32,000 nucleotides of DNA from Cereibacter sphaeroides 2.4.1. GTDB lineage: Bacteria > Pseudomonadota > Alphaproteobacteria > Rhodobacterales > Rhodobacteraceae. Positions 19,530 through 29,332 of the stretch are shown here, in pieces. The notes under the pieces were generated by a model. That model was not told where the DNA came from. It was given only the letters and a program-made list of their open reading frames with translations, and searched no databases. Position 1 is the first letter of the stretch. Each line of letters opens with the position of its first letter. The stretch lies in assembly GCF_000012905.2 (NCBI RefSeq), contig NC_007493.2, forward strand, positions 3,156,525 to 3,188,524. Direction: 5' to 3'. The position numbers were made by a program, and so were the translations under genes.

Positions 19530-19823
19530 TCAGGTTCTCCGGATGCGAAGCCGGGCCAGCCAGGCCGCATCGATCTCGACGCCCCCGCCCGCCCAGGTCA
19601 GGGTGCGCCGGAAGCGGCCGGCGGCGTTGGTCTGCCGTGCGCCCTCGAGGGCGCGGTCGGCCGGGCGGTGCAGCGACAGGCCCTCGCCCAGATCGTCGAG
19701 CGCATCCTCGGCGCGCTGATCGGTGCGGCCGGGCACGAGCGCGCGCCGGACGAGCCAGACCGCGCCGGCAACGGCGCCGGTGCGCAGGGCGAAGGCCGCG
19801 AGCGGAACGAGGGGAAGGGGCAT
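19530..19823 (-). CDS. hypothetical small protein with N-terminal hydrophobic helix, 97 aa
   Basis: ATG 19823 is preceded by GAGGAGG. MPLPLVPLAAFALRTGAVAGAVWLV looks like a TM or signal-anchor. GC3 is high. The stop lies 4 nt before the GST start. Confidence 0.6.
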   Translation of the reverse strand: MPLPLVPLAAFALRTGAVAGAVWLVRRALVPGRTDQRAEDALDDLGEGLSLHRPADRALEGARQTNAAGRFRRTLTWAGGGVEIDAAWLARLRIRRT

Positions 19824-19848
19824 CGGGACCTCCTCTGTCGGTCCCGGA

Positions 19849-19877
19849 ATGGTAGGGCGGTCCGGCGCCGCTGGCAA
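19849..19877 (-). promoter_or_regulatory. candidate sigma70-type promoter for the small ORF and GST pair
   Basis: On the minus strand: TTGCCA (19877-19872), 17-nt spacer, TACCAT (19854-19849). It lies between the rpmJ terminator and the ORF start. Confidence 0.35.
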
Positions 19878-19896
19878 CTCCGGCCCGCCTGACAGG

Positions 19897-19930
19897 AAAA
19901 GGCCGCCACGGGAGGTCCCGGGCGGCCTTT
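19897..19930 (-). terminator. intrinsic terminator after rpmJ
   Basis: On the minus strand: AAAGGCCGCC-(13 nt)-GGCGGCCTTTT, a 10-bp stem followed by a T run. Confidence 0.6.
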
Positions 19931-19953
19931 CTGTCCCTCGAAGTCCGAAGCGA

Positions 19954-20079
19954 TCAGCCCTGGCGGGCCTTGTAACGCTTCTGCGTCTTGTTGATCACAT
20001 AGACGCGGCCCTTGCGGCGCACGACCTGGCAGTCGCGGTGGCGCAGCTTGAGCGAGCGGAGCGAGTTCGCAACCTTCAT
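19954..20079 (-). CDS. rpmJ: 50S ribosomal protein L36 (41 aa, single-Cys YkgO-like type)
   Basis: Manual translation gives [56 protein letters not shown]. Absent from the ORF track because it is shorter than 60 aa. Confidence 0.9.
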   Translation of the reverse strand: MKVANSLRSLKLRHRDCQVVRRKGRVYVINKTQKRYKARQG

Positions 20080-20114
20080 CTCTCTTCTCCCTTTCGCGGC
20101 GCGCGTGCGCCTTG

Positions 20115-20141
20115 AAAAAACGATGCCCCCGAACCGGGGGC
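20115..20141 (-). terminator. hairpin plus T6 between tRNA-Val and rpmJ (terminator or processing site)
   Basis: On the minus strand: GCCCCCG-GTT-CGGGGGC, then ATCG and TTTTTT. Confidence 0.45.
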
Positions 20142-20148
20142 GGTGAAA

Positions 20149-20223
20149 TGGTGGGCGGTACTGGGATCGAACCAGTGGCCACTACGATGTCAACGTAGTG
20201 CTCTACCGCTGAGCTAACCGCCC
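20149..20223 (-). tRNA. tRNA-Val (anticodon GAC), 75 nt with encoded CCA
   Basis: The reverse complement GGGCGGTTAGCTCAGCGGTAGAGCACTACGTTGACATCGTAGTGGCCACTGGTTCGATCCCAGTACCGCCCACCA folds as a cloverleaf: acceptor GGGCGGT/ACCGCCC, D stem GCTC/GAGC, anticodon stem CTACG/CGTAG with loop TTGACAT, T stem ACTGG/CCAGT with TTCGATC loop. Confidence 0.93.
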
Positions 20224-20293
20224 ACTCTGACATGCGCGCCACACCTGTTCCGCGCGAGGCGGTCGACCGGGCGGCGCCCCGTCGGTGGGCTGC

Positions 20294-20322
20294 TCTATAA
20301 ATAGAGTCGGCGGGGTGTTCAA
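20294..20322 (-). promoter_or_regulatory. candidate promoter for tRNA-Val (and probably rpmJ)
   Basis: On the minus strand: TTGAAC (20322-20317), 17-nt spacer, TATAGA (20299-20294). The -10 lies inside the AT-rich palindrome CTCTATAAATAGAG. Confidence 0.4.
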
Positions 20323-20375
20323 GGGGTTTTGGAGAGCTAGAAAATGAAGCACTATCGGGCGGTGAAGGAAGCCAG

Positions 20376-21236
20376 ATGACGCCGGAAGCCTATTCGCTGA
20401 TCCGCCCGGAGCGGCGCGACACCTCCGTGATCTTTTCCTCGCCGCACAGCGGGCGGGATTATCCGGCTTCGTTGGTGGGGCGCACGATTCTCGACGAACG
20501 GATGCTGCGCTCATCGGAAGATGCGTTCGTGGACGAGCTCTTCTCCTGCGCGCCGCGGCTGGGGGCCCCGCTGCTGATGGCCCGGGTGCCGCGCGCCTAT
20601 GTCGACATGAACCGCTCGGCCGACGAGATGGATCCGGCGCTGATCGAGGGCATCTCGCGGGCGCCGCACAATCCGCGCGTCAGCTCGGGGCTCGGGGTGA
20701 TTCCCCGCGTGGTGGCGAACGGGCGGCCGATCTACCGGGGCAAGATGCCGCTGGCCGAGGCCGAAGCGCGGATCGCCCGCTACTGGACCCCCTATCATCA
20801 GGCGCTGCGGACGCTGATCGACGAGAGCCAGGCGCTCTTCGACGAGGCGGTGCTGGTCGATTGCCATTCCATGCCGCATGAGGCCATCGAAACCCACGCC
20901 CGCCCCGGCCAGCCCACGCCCGAGGTTGTGCTCGGCGACCGGTTCGGCGCGGCCGCCTCGCGCACCGTGGTCGACCGGATCGAGGCGGCCTTCGTCTCGG
21001 CGGGTCTCCGGGTCGTGCGCAACGCGCCCTTCGCAGGCGCCTATATCGCGCAGGCCTACGGGCGCCCCTCGCGCAATCAGCATGTGGTGCAGGTCGAGGT
21101 GGACCGCTCCCTCTACATGGACGAGGCGCGGATCGAGCGCAGCGCGCGGTTCCCGGCCTTCGCAACACTCATGACCTCGGTCGTGGCCGAGATCACCGGC
21201 ATCGGCCGCCCGGCCCTGCCGCTCGCGGCAGAGTGA
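20376..21236 (+). CDS. N-formylglutamate amidohydrolase family (PF05013-like) protein, 286 aa
   Basis: VIFSSPHSGRDYP, EDAFVDELF, RAYVDMNR and VLVDCHSMP are typical FGase-family motifs. Confidence 0.85.
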   Translation: MTPEAYSLIRPERRDTSVIFSSPHSGRDYPASLVGRTILDERMLRSSEDAFVDELFSCAPRLGAPLLMARVPRAYVDMNRSADEMDPALIEGISRAPHNPRVSSGLGVIPRVVANGRPIYRGKMPLAEAEARIARYWTPYHQALRTLIDESQALFDEAVLVDCHSMPHEAIETHARPGQPTPEVVLGDRFGAAASRTVVDRIEAAFVSAGLRVVRNAPFAGAYIAQAYGRPSRNQHVVQVEVDRSLYMDEARIERSARFPAFATLMTSVVAEITGIGRPALPLAAE

Positions 21237-21239
21237 GCC

Positions 21240-22493
21240 TCAGCGCAGGGACCGGCCCTTGATGATCGCGTCGTGGCCGAAGCGGGCGCGGATCGCGTCG
21301 GTCGCGCGCTCGGCGGCGATGCGCCGCCCGGCATTCGGGTCGAGGAGGTCGCCCGTCAGGTCCGCCTCGGCCGCCCCGGCCAGATCCGAGATGCCGACGC
21401 CGATCAGCCGGAACGGCCCGGCGGTGCGCGCGCCGTCGAACAGGGCGCGCGCCTCGCGGTAGATCCGGTCCGCCGATTGCGTGGGCCCGGCGAGCGCATG
21501 CCGGCGGGTGACGAGGGCGAAGTCCGTCCGCTTCAGCTTCAGCGTCACGGTGCGCCCGGAGAGCCCGCGCGCCTTGGCCCTGTCCGAGACCTGCTCGGCC
21601 AGCCGCCAGAGATGGCCGTCGAGGATCTCGGGATCGGCGGTGTCCTCGTGGAAGGTCGTCTCCTTCGACACCGATTTCAGCGCATGGTCGGCCGAGACGC
21701 GGCGGCGGTCCTCACCCCGCGCCAGATGCCACAGCCGCTCGCCCGTCTGGCCGAAGCGGGCCACGAGATCGGCCTTCTCCCAGCGCAGCAGATCCTCGAT
21801 CGTGCGGATGCCCGCGCGCTCCAGCGCGCTCTGGGTGGCGGTGCCCACGCCCCAGATGATGCGGACGGGCTTCTTGCGCAGGAAAGCATCCGTCTCGGCG
21901 CGGCCGATCACCGAGAAGCCGCGCGGCTTGTCGAGGTCGGACGCGATCTTGGCCAGGAACTTGTTGTGCGAGAGCCCGACCGAGCCGGTGATGCCGAGCT
22001 CCTCCTCCATCCGCCGCAAAAGCCGCGCGAGGAGCACCGCTGGCGGCGCGCCATGCAGCCGCTCGGTGCCCGAGAGATCGAGGAAGGCCTCGTCGAGCGA
22101 CAGGGGCTCGATGGCCGGGGTGAGATCCTCCATCATCGCACGGATCTGGCGCGAGACCCCGGCATAGACGTCGATCCGCGGCTTCACCACGGTGGCTTCG
22201 GGGCAGAGCTTCAGCGCCTGAAACATCGGCATGGCCGAGCGCACGCCCGAGATCCGGGCGATGTAGCAGCAGGTCGAGACGACGCCGCGGCTGCCGCCCC
22301 CAACGATCAGCGGCTTGTCCCGGAGCGAGGGATCGTCGCGCTTCTCGACGCTGGCATAGAAGGCGTCGCAGTCCATGTGCGCGATGGAGAGCGAGAACAG
22401 CTCGGGATGGGCCGTCACGCGGGGCGAGCGGCAGGCGGGGCAGCGGGTGCCGCCGTCGAAGGGCGTGAGGCAGTCGCGGCAGAGGGCGGGCAT
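21240..22493 (-). CDS. dinB: DNA polymerase IV (Y-family) with N-terminal CxxC...CxxC extension, 417 aa
   Basis: IAHMDCDAFYASVEKRDDPSLRDKPLIVGG and IEPLSLDEAFLDLSG catalytic motifs, with an HhH/little-finger C-terminus. Start taken at ATG 22493 (MPALCRDC...); the alternative upstream ATG at 22592/22589 has no better RBS. Confidence 0.88.
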   Translation of the reverse strand: MPALCRDCLTPFDGGTRCPACRSPRVTAHPELFSLSIAHMDCDAFYASVEKRDDPSLRDKPLIVGGGSRGVVSTCCYIARISGVRSAMPMFQALKLCPEATVVKPRIDVYAGVSRQIRAMMEDLTPAIEPLSLDEAFLDLSGTERLHGAPPAVLLARLLRRMEEELGITGSVGLSHNKFLAKIASDLDKPRGFSVIGRAETDAFLRKKPVRIIWGVGTATQSALERAGIRTIEDLLRWEKADLVARFGQTGERLWHLARGEDRRRVSADHALKSVSKETTFHEDTADPEILDGHLWRLAEQVSDRAKARGLSGRTVTLKLKRTDFALVTRRHALAGPTQSADRIYREARALFDGARTAGPFRLIGVGISDLAGAAEADLTGDLLDPNAGRRIAAERATDAIRARFGHDAIIKGRSLR

Positions 22494-22619
22494 GGGGGGA
22501 TCATACAGCGGGACCGACGGCTGCGGTAGATCGACCGTCGCCCCTCGCGCAGGTGCGCCCTCCTTGCGCTGCGGTGTCCTTCGCGGCATCAAGGGCCGGA
22601 AGAGCAGTCAGGAGGCAGC

Positions 22620-23501
22620 ATGGACCCGGCGGATTTCATCGGCGGCAATGCCGTCCTACTGGCGCTCGCCGCCTTCCTCATCCTCTGCGTCTTCCTCGGC
22701 GTGCGAATCGTGCCGCAGTCGCAGAAACATGTGGTCGAGCGGTTCGGCCGGCTGCGGGCGGTGCTGGGGCCGGGGATCAACTTCGTGGTGCCCTTCCTCG
22801 ACGTGGTCGCCCACAAGATCTCGGTGCTCGAGCGGCAGCTGCCCAATGCGATGCAGGATGCGATCACCGCCGACAACGTGCTGGTGAAGGTCGAGACCTC
22901 GGTCTTCTATCGCATCACCGAGCCCGAGAAGACCGTTTACCGGATCCGCGACGTCGACGCCGCCATCGCCACCACGGTGGCCGGGATCGTGCGCAGCGAG
23001 ATCGGCAAGCTCGAGCTCGATCAGGTGCAGTCGAATCGCGCCGACCTGATCCAGAAGGTGCGCGAGCAGGTCGCGGCCATGGTGGATGACTGGGGCATCG
23101 AGGTGACGCGCGCCGAGGTGCTCGACGTCAATCTCGACGATGCGACCCGTGCGGCCATGCTTCAGCAGCTGAATGCCGAGCGGGCGCGGCGGGCGCTGGT
23201 GACCGAGGCCGAGGGCCGCAAGCGCGCGGTCGAGCTGAATGCCGATGCCGAGCTCTATGCCGCCGAGCAGGAGGCCAAGGCGCGCCGTGTGCTGGCCGAT
23301 GCCGAGGCCTATGCCACCGGCGTGATCGCCGAGGCGATCCGCGAGAACGGGATCGAGGCCGCGCAATATCAGGTGGCGCTGAAGCAGGTCGAGGCGCTGA
23401 CCGCCGTCGGGCAGGGCGAGGCCAAGCAGCTCATCGTGGTGCCCGCCTCGGCGATGGATGCCTTTGCCGATGCCTTCCGGATGCTGAAGGGGCGGGCATG
23501 A
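22620..23501 (+). CDS. SPFH/band-7 (stomatin-like) membrane protein, 293 aa
   Basis: N-terminal TM helix, then VRIVPQSQKHVVERFGRL...TADNVLVKVETSVFYRI, then a coiled-coil Ala/Glu-rich region. AGGAGG RBS. Confidence 0.9.
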   Translation: MDPADFIGGNAVLLALAAFLILCVFLGVRIVPQSQKHVVERFGRLRAVLGPGINFVVPFLDVVAHKISVLERQLPNAMQDAITADNVLVKVETSVFYRITEPEKTVYRIRDVDAAIATTVAGIVRSEIGKLELDQVQSNRADLIQKVREQVAAMVDDWGIEVTRAEVLDVNLDDATRAAMLQQLNAERARRALVTEAEGRKRAVELNADAELYAAEQEAKARRVLADAEAYATGVIAEAIRENGIEAAQYQVALKQVEALTAVGQGEAKQLIVVPASAMDAFADAFRMLKGRA

Positions 23502-23767
23502 TCTGGTCGGTCTGGTGGATCTGGGTGGTGGCGGGGCTTCTGCTCGGGATCGTCGAGATCCTCGTGCCGGGCTTCGTCTTCCTGGGCTTCGCCGTGGGCG
23601 CGGTGGCCATCGGACTTCTGATCTGGATCGGGCTCGAGGCCGGGCTGCCGCTGCTGCTCGTGCTGTTCGCTCTCATGTCGCTCGCGGTCTGGCTCGCGCT
23701 GCGCCGGATGTTCGGCCTGCCCTCGGGCTCGGTGAAGATCTGGGACCGCGACATCAACGATAACTGA
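23498..23767 (+). CDS. small integral membrane protein, NfeD-like N-terminal region only, 89 aa
   Basis: ATGA overlap with the SPFH stop. About three hydrophobic helices (WWIWVVAGLLLGIVEILVPGFVFLGFAVGAVAIGLLIWIG...). It occupies the position of NfeD partners of SPFH genes but is too short to hold an OB-fold. Confidence 0.7.
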   Translation: MIWSVWWIWVVAGLLLGIVEILVPGFVFLGFAVGAVAIGLLIWIGLEAGLPLLLVLFALMSLAVWLALRRMFGLPSGSVKIWDRDINDN

Positions 23768-24074
23768 TCCGCGCAAGACGGGGCCGGCCCCCGCATGTCG
23801 GACTGTGGCCGGATGCCCGTCTGAAAGCCCGCACCGTGGCGGGATTGCGCAGCCTTGCCAATACCTCCGGGAGGGACATGAGTGCCGCCCGCGCCGTCAT
23901 TCGGGCAGTCCTGCCAGAGCAACGCCGCGGCCTTCCACACGACAGCTTCCCGGCCGGTTGGCGGGCTTCCGCTCTCCCGCCGCGCGTCCTCCCGCTGCGA
24001 TGGAACCGTGGGGGGCGAGTCCTGTTTTGATCCCAAGGAAATGTCTGTTTTACGAAAACAGGAAGGAGGATCTG

Positions 24075-24416
24075 ATGTCTGACTACCGTCGCGACCCGAC
24101 CCCGAACAACCGCACCACGGCCGAACGGCCGGTCGAAGGCTCGGCTTCGCGCACCATGTGGTATGTCGTGGGTGCGGTCATCGTGCTGCTTCTGGTGCTG
24201 TGGTTCCTCTTCGGCGGCATGAGTGCCACGAATGACGCGACCATGACCACGCCGCCTGCCGCGACGACCACGACCGAGCCCGCCGCTCCGCCGCCGGCCA
24301 CCGCGCCTGCGCCCGAGGCCACCACGCCTGCGCCGGCCGAGCCCGCGCCCGCTCCCGAGGCGGCTCCGGCGACGCCCGCGCCCGACGCGACCGCTCCGGC
24401 CGCGCCCGCGCAGTAA
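24075..24416 (+). CDS. hypothetical single-pass membrane protein with Pro/Ala/Thr-rich tail, 113 aa
   Basis: GGAAGGAGG RBS 5 nt before ATG 24075. TM helix MWYVVGAVIVLLLVLWFLFGG. Low-complexity C-terminal tail PAPEATTPAPAEPAPAPEAAPATPAPDATAPAAPAQ. Confidence 0.65.
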   Translation: MSDYRRDPTPNNRTTAERPVEGSASRTMWYVVGAVIVLLLVLWFLFGGMSATNDATMTTPPAATTTTEPAAPPPATAPAPEATTPAPAEPAPAPEAAPATPAPDATAPAAPAQ

Positions 24417-24420
24417 CGGC

Positions 24421-25119
24421 TCAGCCGCGGGTCGGAAGCTCTGCCTGAACGGCGAGAGCCGCGGCCCGCGGATCCCCGGCCTGCCAGATCGGCCGGCCGA
24501 CGACGATATGGTCCGCCCCGTCCGCGATCGCGCGGGCGGGGGTCGCCACCCGCTTCTGATCTCCGAGCGCGGCGCCCGTGGGCCGCACGCCCGGCGTCAC
24601 GATCAGCCGCCCCGCCGCCTGCGGCAGGGCCCGGATCGCCGCCGCCTCCTGCGGGCTCGCGATCACCCCATGCGCGCCCGCATCCAGCGCCCGTGCCGCC
24701 CGCTCGAGCGTGATCTCGGCCAGATCGCCCGCCCGGATCATGTTCGCATCGAGATCCGCCCGGTCGAGCGAGGTCAGCACCGTCACCGCGAGGATGCGCA
24801 GCCCGCTGCCCGAGGCGCCCTGCACCGCGGCCCGCACCACCTGCGGATCGCCATGGACCGTCAGGAAATCGAGATCGTAGCTCGCGAAGCCCCGCACGGC
24901 GGCCTCGACGGTCGCGCCGATGTCGAAGAGCTTCATGTCGAGGAAGATGCGCTTGCCCCGTTCCTGCTTCAGCTCGTTGGCCAGCGCGAGGCCGCCGCCG
25001 GTCAGCATGCCCAAGCCGATCTTGTAGAACGAGACCGCATCGCCGAGCCGCTCCGCGAGATCCAGCCCCTGCACGACGTTCGGCACATCGAGTGCCACGA
25101 TCAGACGGTCGTCGGCCAT
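24421..25119 (-). CDS. pyrF: orotidine 5'-phosphate decarboxylase, 232 aa
   Basis: LIVALDV, FYKIGLGM and FLDMKLFDIGATV (the DxKxxDI motif), plus the C-terminal IVVGRPI. AAGGAG RBS before ATG 25119. Confidence 0.92.
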   Translation of the reverse strand: MADDRLIVALDVPNVVQGLDLAERLGDAVSFYKIGLGMLTGGGLALANELKQERGKRIFLDMKLFDIGATVEAAVRGFASYDLDFLTVHGDPQVVRAAVQGASGSGLRILAVTVLTSLDRADLDANMIRAGDLAEITLERAARALDAGAHGVIASPQEAAAIRALPQAAGRLIVTPGVRPTGAALGDQKRVATPARAIADGADHIVVGRPIWQAGDPRAAALAVQAELPTRG

Positions 25120-25222
25120 GGGAAGCTCCTTGCTGCTGAGGTCGGGCGGGTGATGGGACGAGGGCTGCTGCGTGTCAAGCCGGGCCATTCCGTCGGGCCG
25201 CGGCGGCTGCTATCGGTGGCCC

Positions 25223-26110
25223 ATGCTCATCGCCTTCGACATCGGCGGATCCCGCATCCGCGCCGCCCGCGCCTTCGCCCCCGACGACCTGGAGCCTCTG
25301 GGCGAGCGGCCGATGCCTCTGAGCTTTCCGGGCTTCGTCGCGGCTCTGCGCGACCTCATGCCGGAGGAGGCCACGTCGCTCGCCATCGCCATCGCGGGCG
25401 TGGTCGATCCCGACACGGGCCGCATCACCGCGGCCAATTTGCCGGCTGTCAACCGCCGGGCGCTGGCCGCCGATCTCGGCGCGGCCCTCGGCCGGCCGGT
25501 CTGGATCGGCAACGATGCCGACTGCTTCGTGCTGACGGAGGCGCTGCTGGGCGTGGGGCGCGGTCACCGCAGCGTGTTCGGCATCATCCTCGGCAGCGGC
25601 GTGGGCGGAGGGATCGTGCTGGACGGGCGGCTCCTGACCGGGGCGGGCGGGATCGCGGGCGAATGGGGGCATGCGCCGGTGCTCGACCAGCGCCCGCTCG
25701 GACGGGATCTGCCTCATCTGCCCTGCGGCTGCGGCCAGAGCGGCTGCGTCGACACCTACGGCAGCGCGCGGGGGATCGAGCGGCTGCATCTCGCCCTATG
25801 TGGGCAAAGGCTCGACAGCCGCGAGATCCTGGCGGCCTGGCGGGCAGGGGAGATGGCTGCGGCCGAGACGGTGGAGGTCTGGCTCGAGCTGGTGGCGGGG
25901 CCGCTTGCGATGCTGGTCAATGTCATCGGCCCGTCGGTGGTCCCCGTGGGCGGGGGCCTTTCGAACGACGGCGACCTCGTGGCGGCGCTGGATCGCGCCG
26001 TCCGTCACCGGCTTCTGCGGCCCGCGTCCGAGACGCTGCTGCGGCCGGCCTTCCATCCCGAGCCCGGGCTGGTCGGGGCCGCGCTGGCGGGGCTTCAGGC
26101 CTTGGGCTGA
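25223..26110 (+). CDS. ROK-family sugar kinase (N-acetylglucosamine kinase-like), 295 aa
   Basis: MLIAFDIGGSRIR ATP-binding start, NDADCFVLTEA, and the zinc motif GEWGH...CGCGQSGCVDTYGS. Confidence 0.85.
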   Translation: MLIAFDIGGSRIRAARAFAPDDLEPLGERPMPLSFPGFVAALRDLMPEEATSLAIAIAGVVDPDTGRITAANLPAVNRRALAADLGAALGRPVWIGNDADCFVLTEALLGVGRGHRSVFGIILGSGVGGGIVLDGRLLTGAGGIAGEWGHAPVLDQRPLGRDLPHLPCGCGQSGCVDTYGSARGIERLHLALCGQRLDSREILAAWRAGEMAAAETVEVWLELVAGPLAMLVNVIGPSVVPVGGGLSNDGDLVAALDRAVRHRLLRPASETLLRPAFHPEPGLVGAALAGLQALG

Positions 26111-26123
26111 GCCCCGCCCTCCG

Positions 26124-26357
26124 TCAGGCGGCGCGGTCGACCTGCGGCTCGTAGCGCGCGAGGAACAGGGTCTTCGCGCTGTCGATCAGCCGTTCGCGCA
26201 GGGGGGCGCCGCCGCGGGCGGGCTCGGTGGTGAAGATCCGGCGGACGTAGGGCACCGGGCGCGCGCTGTCCTTGACCAGCAGCGCGACGGTGGCCTCGAC
26301 CTGACCGAAATCGCGCGCGTAATGGGCGCGCTCGATGGTGGCAGAGAGGATACGCAT
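26124..26357 (-). CDS. hypothetical protein, 77 aa, no recognised family
   Basis: GAGGAG RBS 8 nt upstream of ATG 26357. Very high third-position GC across the whole frame. Non-repetitive sequence MRILSATIERAHYARDFGQVEATVALLVKD.... Confidence 0.6.
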   Translation of the reverse strand: MRILSATIERAHYARDFGQVEATVALLVKDSARPVPYVRRIFTTEPARGGAPLRERLIDSAKTLFLARYEPQVDRAA

Positions 26358-26659
26358 CGGAACACTCCTCGCTTGACCGGAAGGCGCCGGTCGGGATCAG
26401 GATGAACCGGCCTTGCCCCTTGCGGACCATGACCGCATGTCGCGGCCTTTTTCCGGGTCGGGGCAGCCGGTCGGGCTTGTGGATAAATCCATTTGGGCCT
26501 TGTCCGGTTCCACTGCACGACTTGCGCAAACACGGCTGCTTGATCGGATCGTGATCCTTGAATTCAAGCGGATCCGCGACCACCTGAGCATCAAGACCCG
26601 GGATGGACCGTGCCGACAGTCGGGCGGTGTCGCCGGGGGCTTAACGAGAGGAGTGACCG

Positions 26660-29272
<2,613 letters not shown>

Positions 29273-29286
29273 TGGCCTGAAGAAAC

Positions 29287-29313
29287 GGGCCCGCTCCAGA
29301 TCGGAGCGGGCCC
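29287..29313. terminator. shared hairpin between convergent clpB and the fasciclin gene
   Basis: GGGCCCGCTCC-AGATC-GGAGCGGGCCC is a perfect 11-bp stem. No clear T tract on the plus strand; GTTTCTTC follows on the minus strand. Confidence 0.55.
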
Positions 29314-29332
29314 GCGCTGCTGCGGCTGCCGG

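Noticed and set aside
22494-22619. Search for an SOS (LexA) box upstream of dinB
   Set aside because: No GTTC-N7-GTTC (alphaproteobacterial LexA) or CTGT-N8-ACAG motif is present in the dinB/SPFH divergent spacer. No SOS regulation is claimed.
23805-24074. Upstream 90 codons of ORF 23805..24416, plus overlapping 64- and 66-aa ORFs
   Set aside because: No RBS and junk-like composition. The strong GGAAGGAGG RBS sits in front of the internal ATG 24075.
26540-26553. FNR/FnrL-like half site TTGATCGGATCGTG
   Set aside because: Only the left half (TTGAT) matches TTGAT-N4-ATCAA. The right half, TCGTG, does not.
26557-26587. RpoH-type promoter CTTGAA-N17-CCACCTGA for clpB
   Set aside because: The -35 is good, but the -10 matches CCCCATNT at only 4 of 8 positions and the spacing is at the long limit. 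It is mentioned within the clpB control-region finding and not annotated as a feature.
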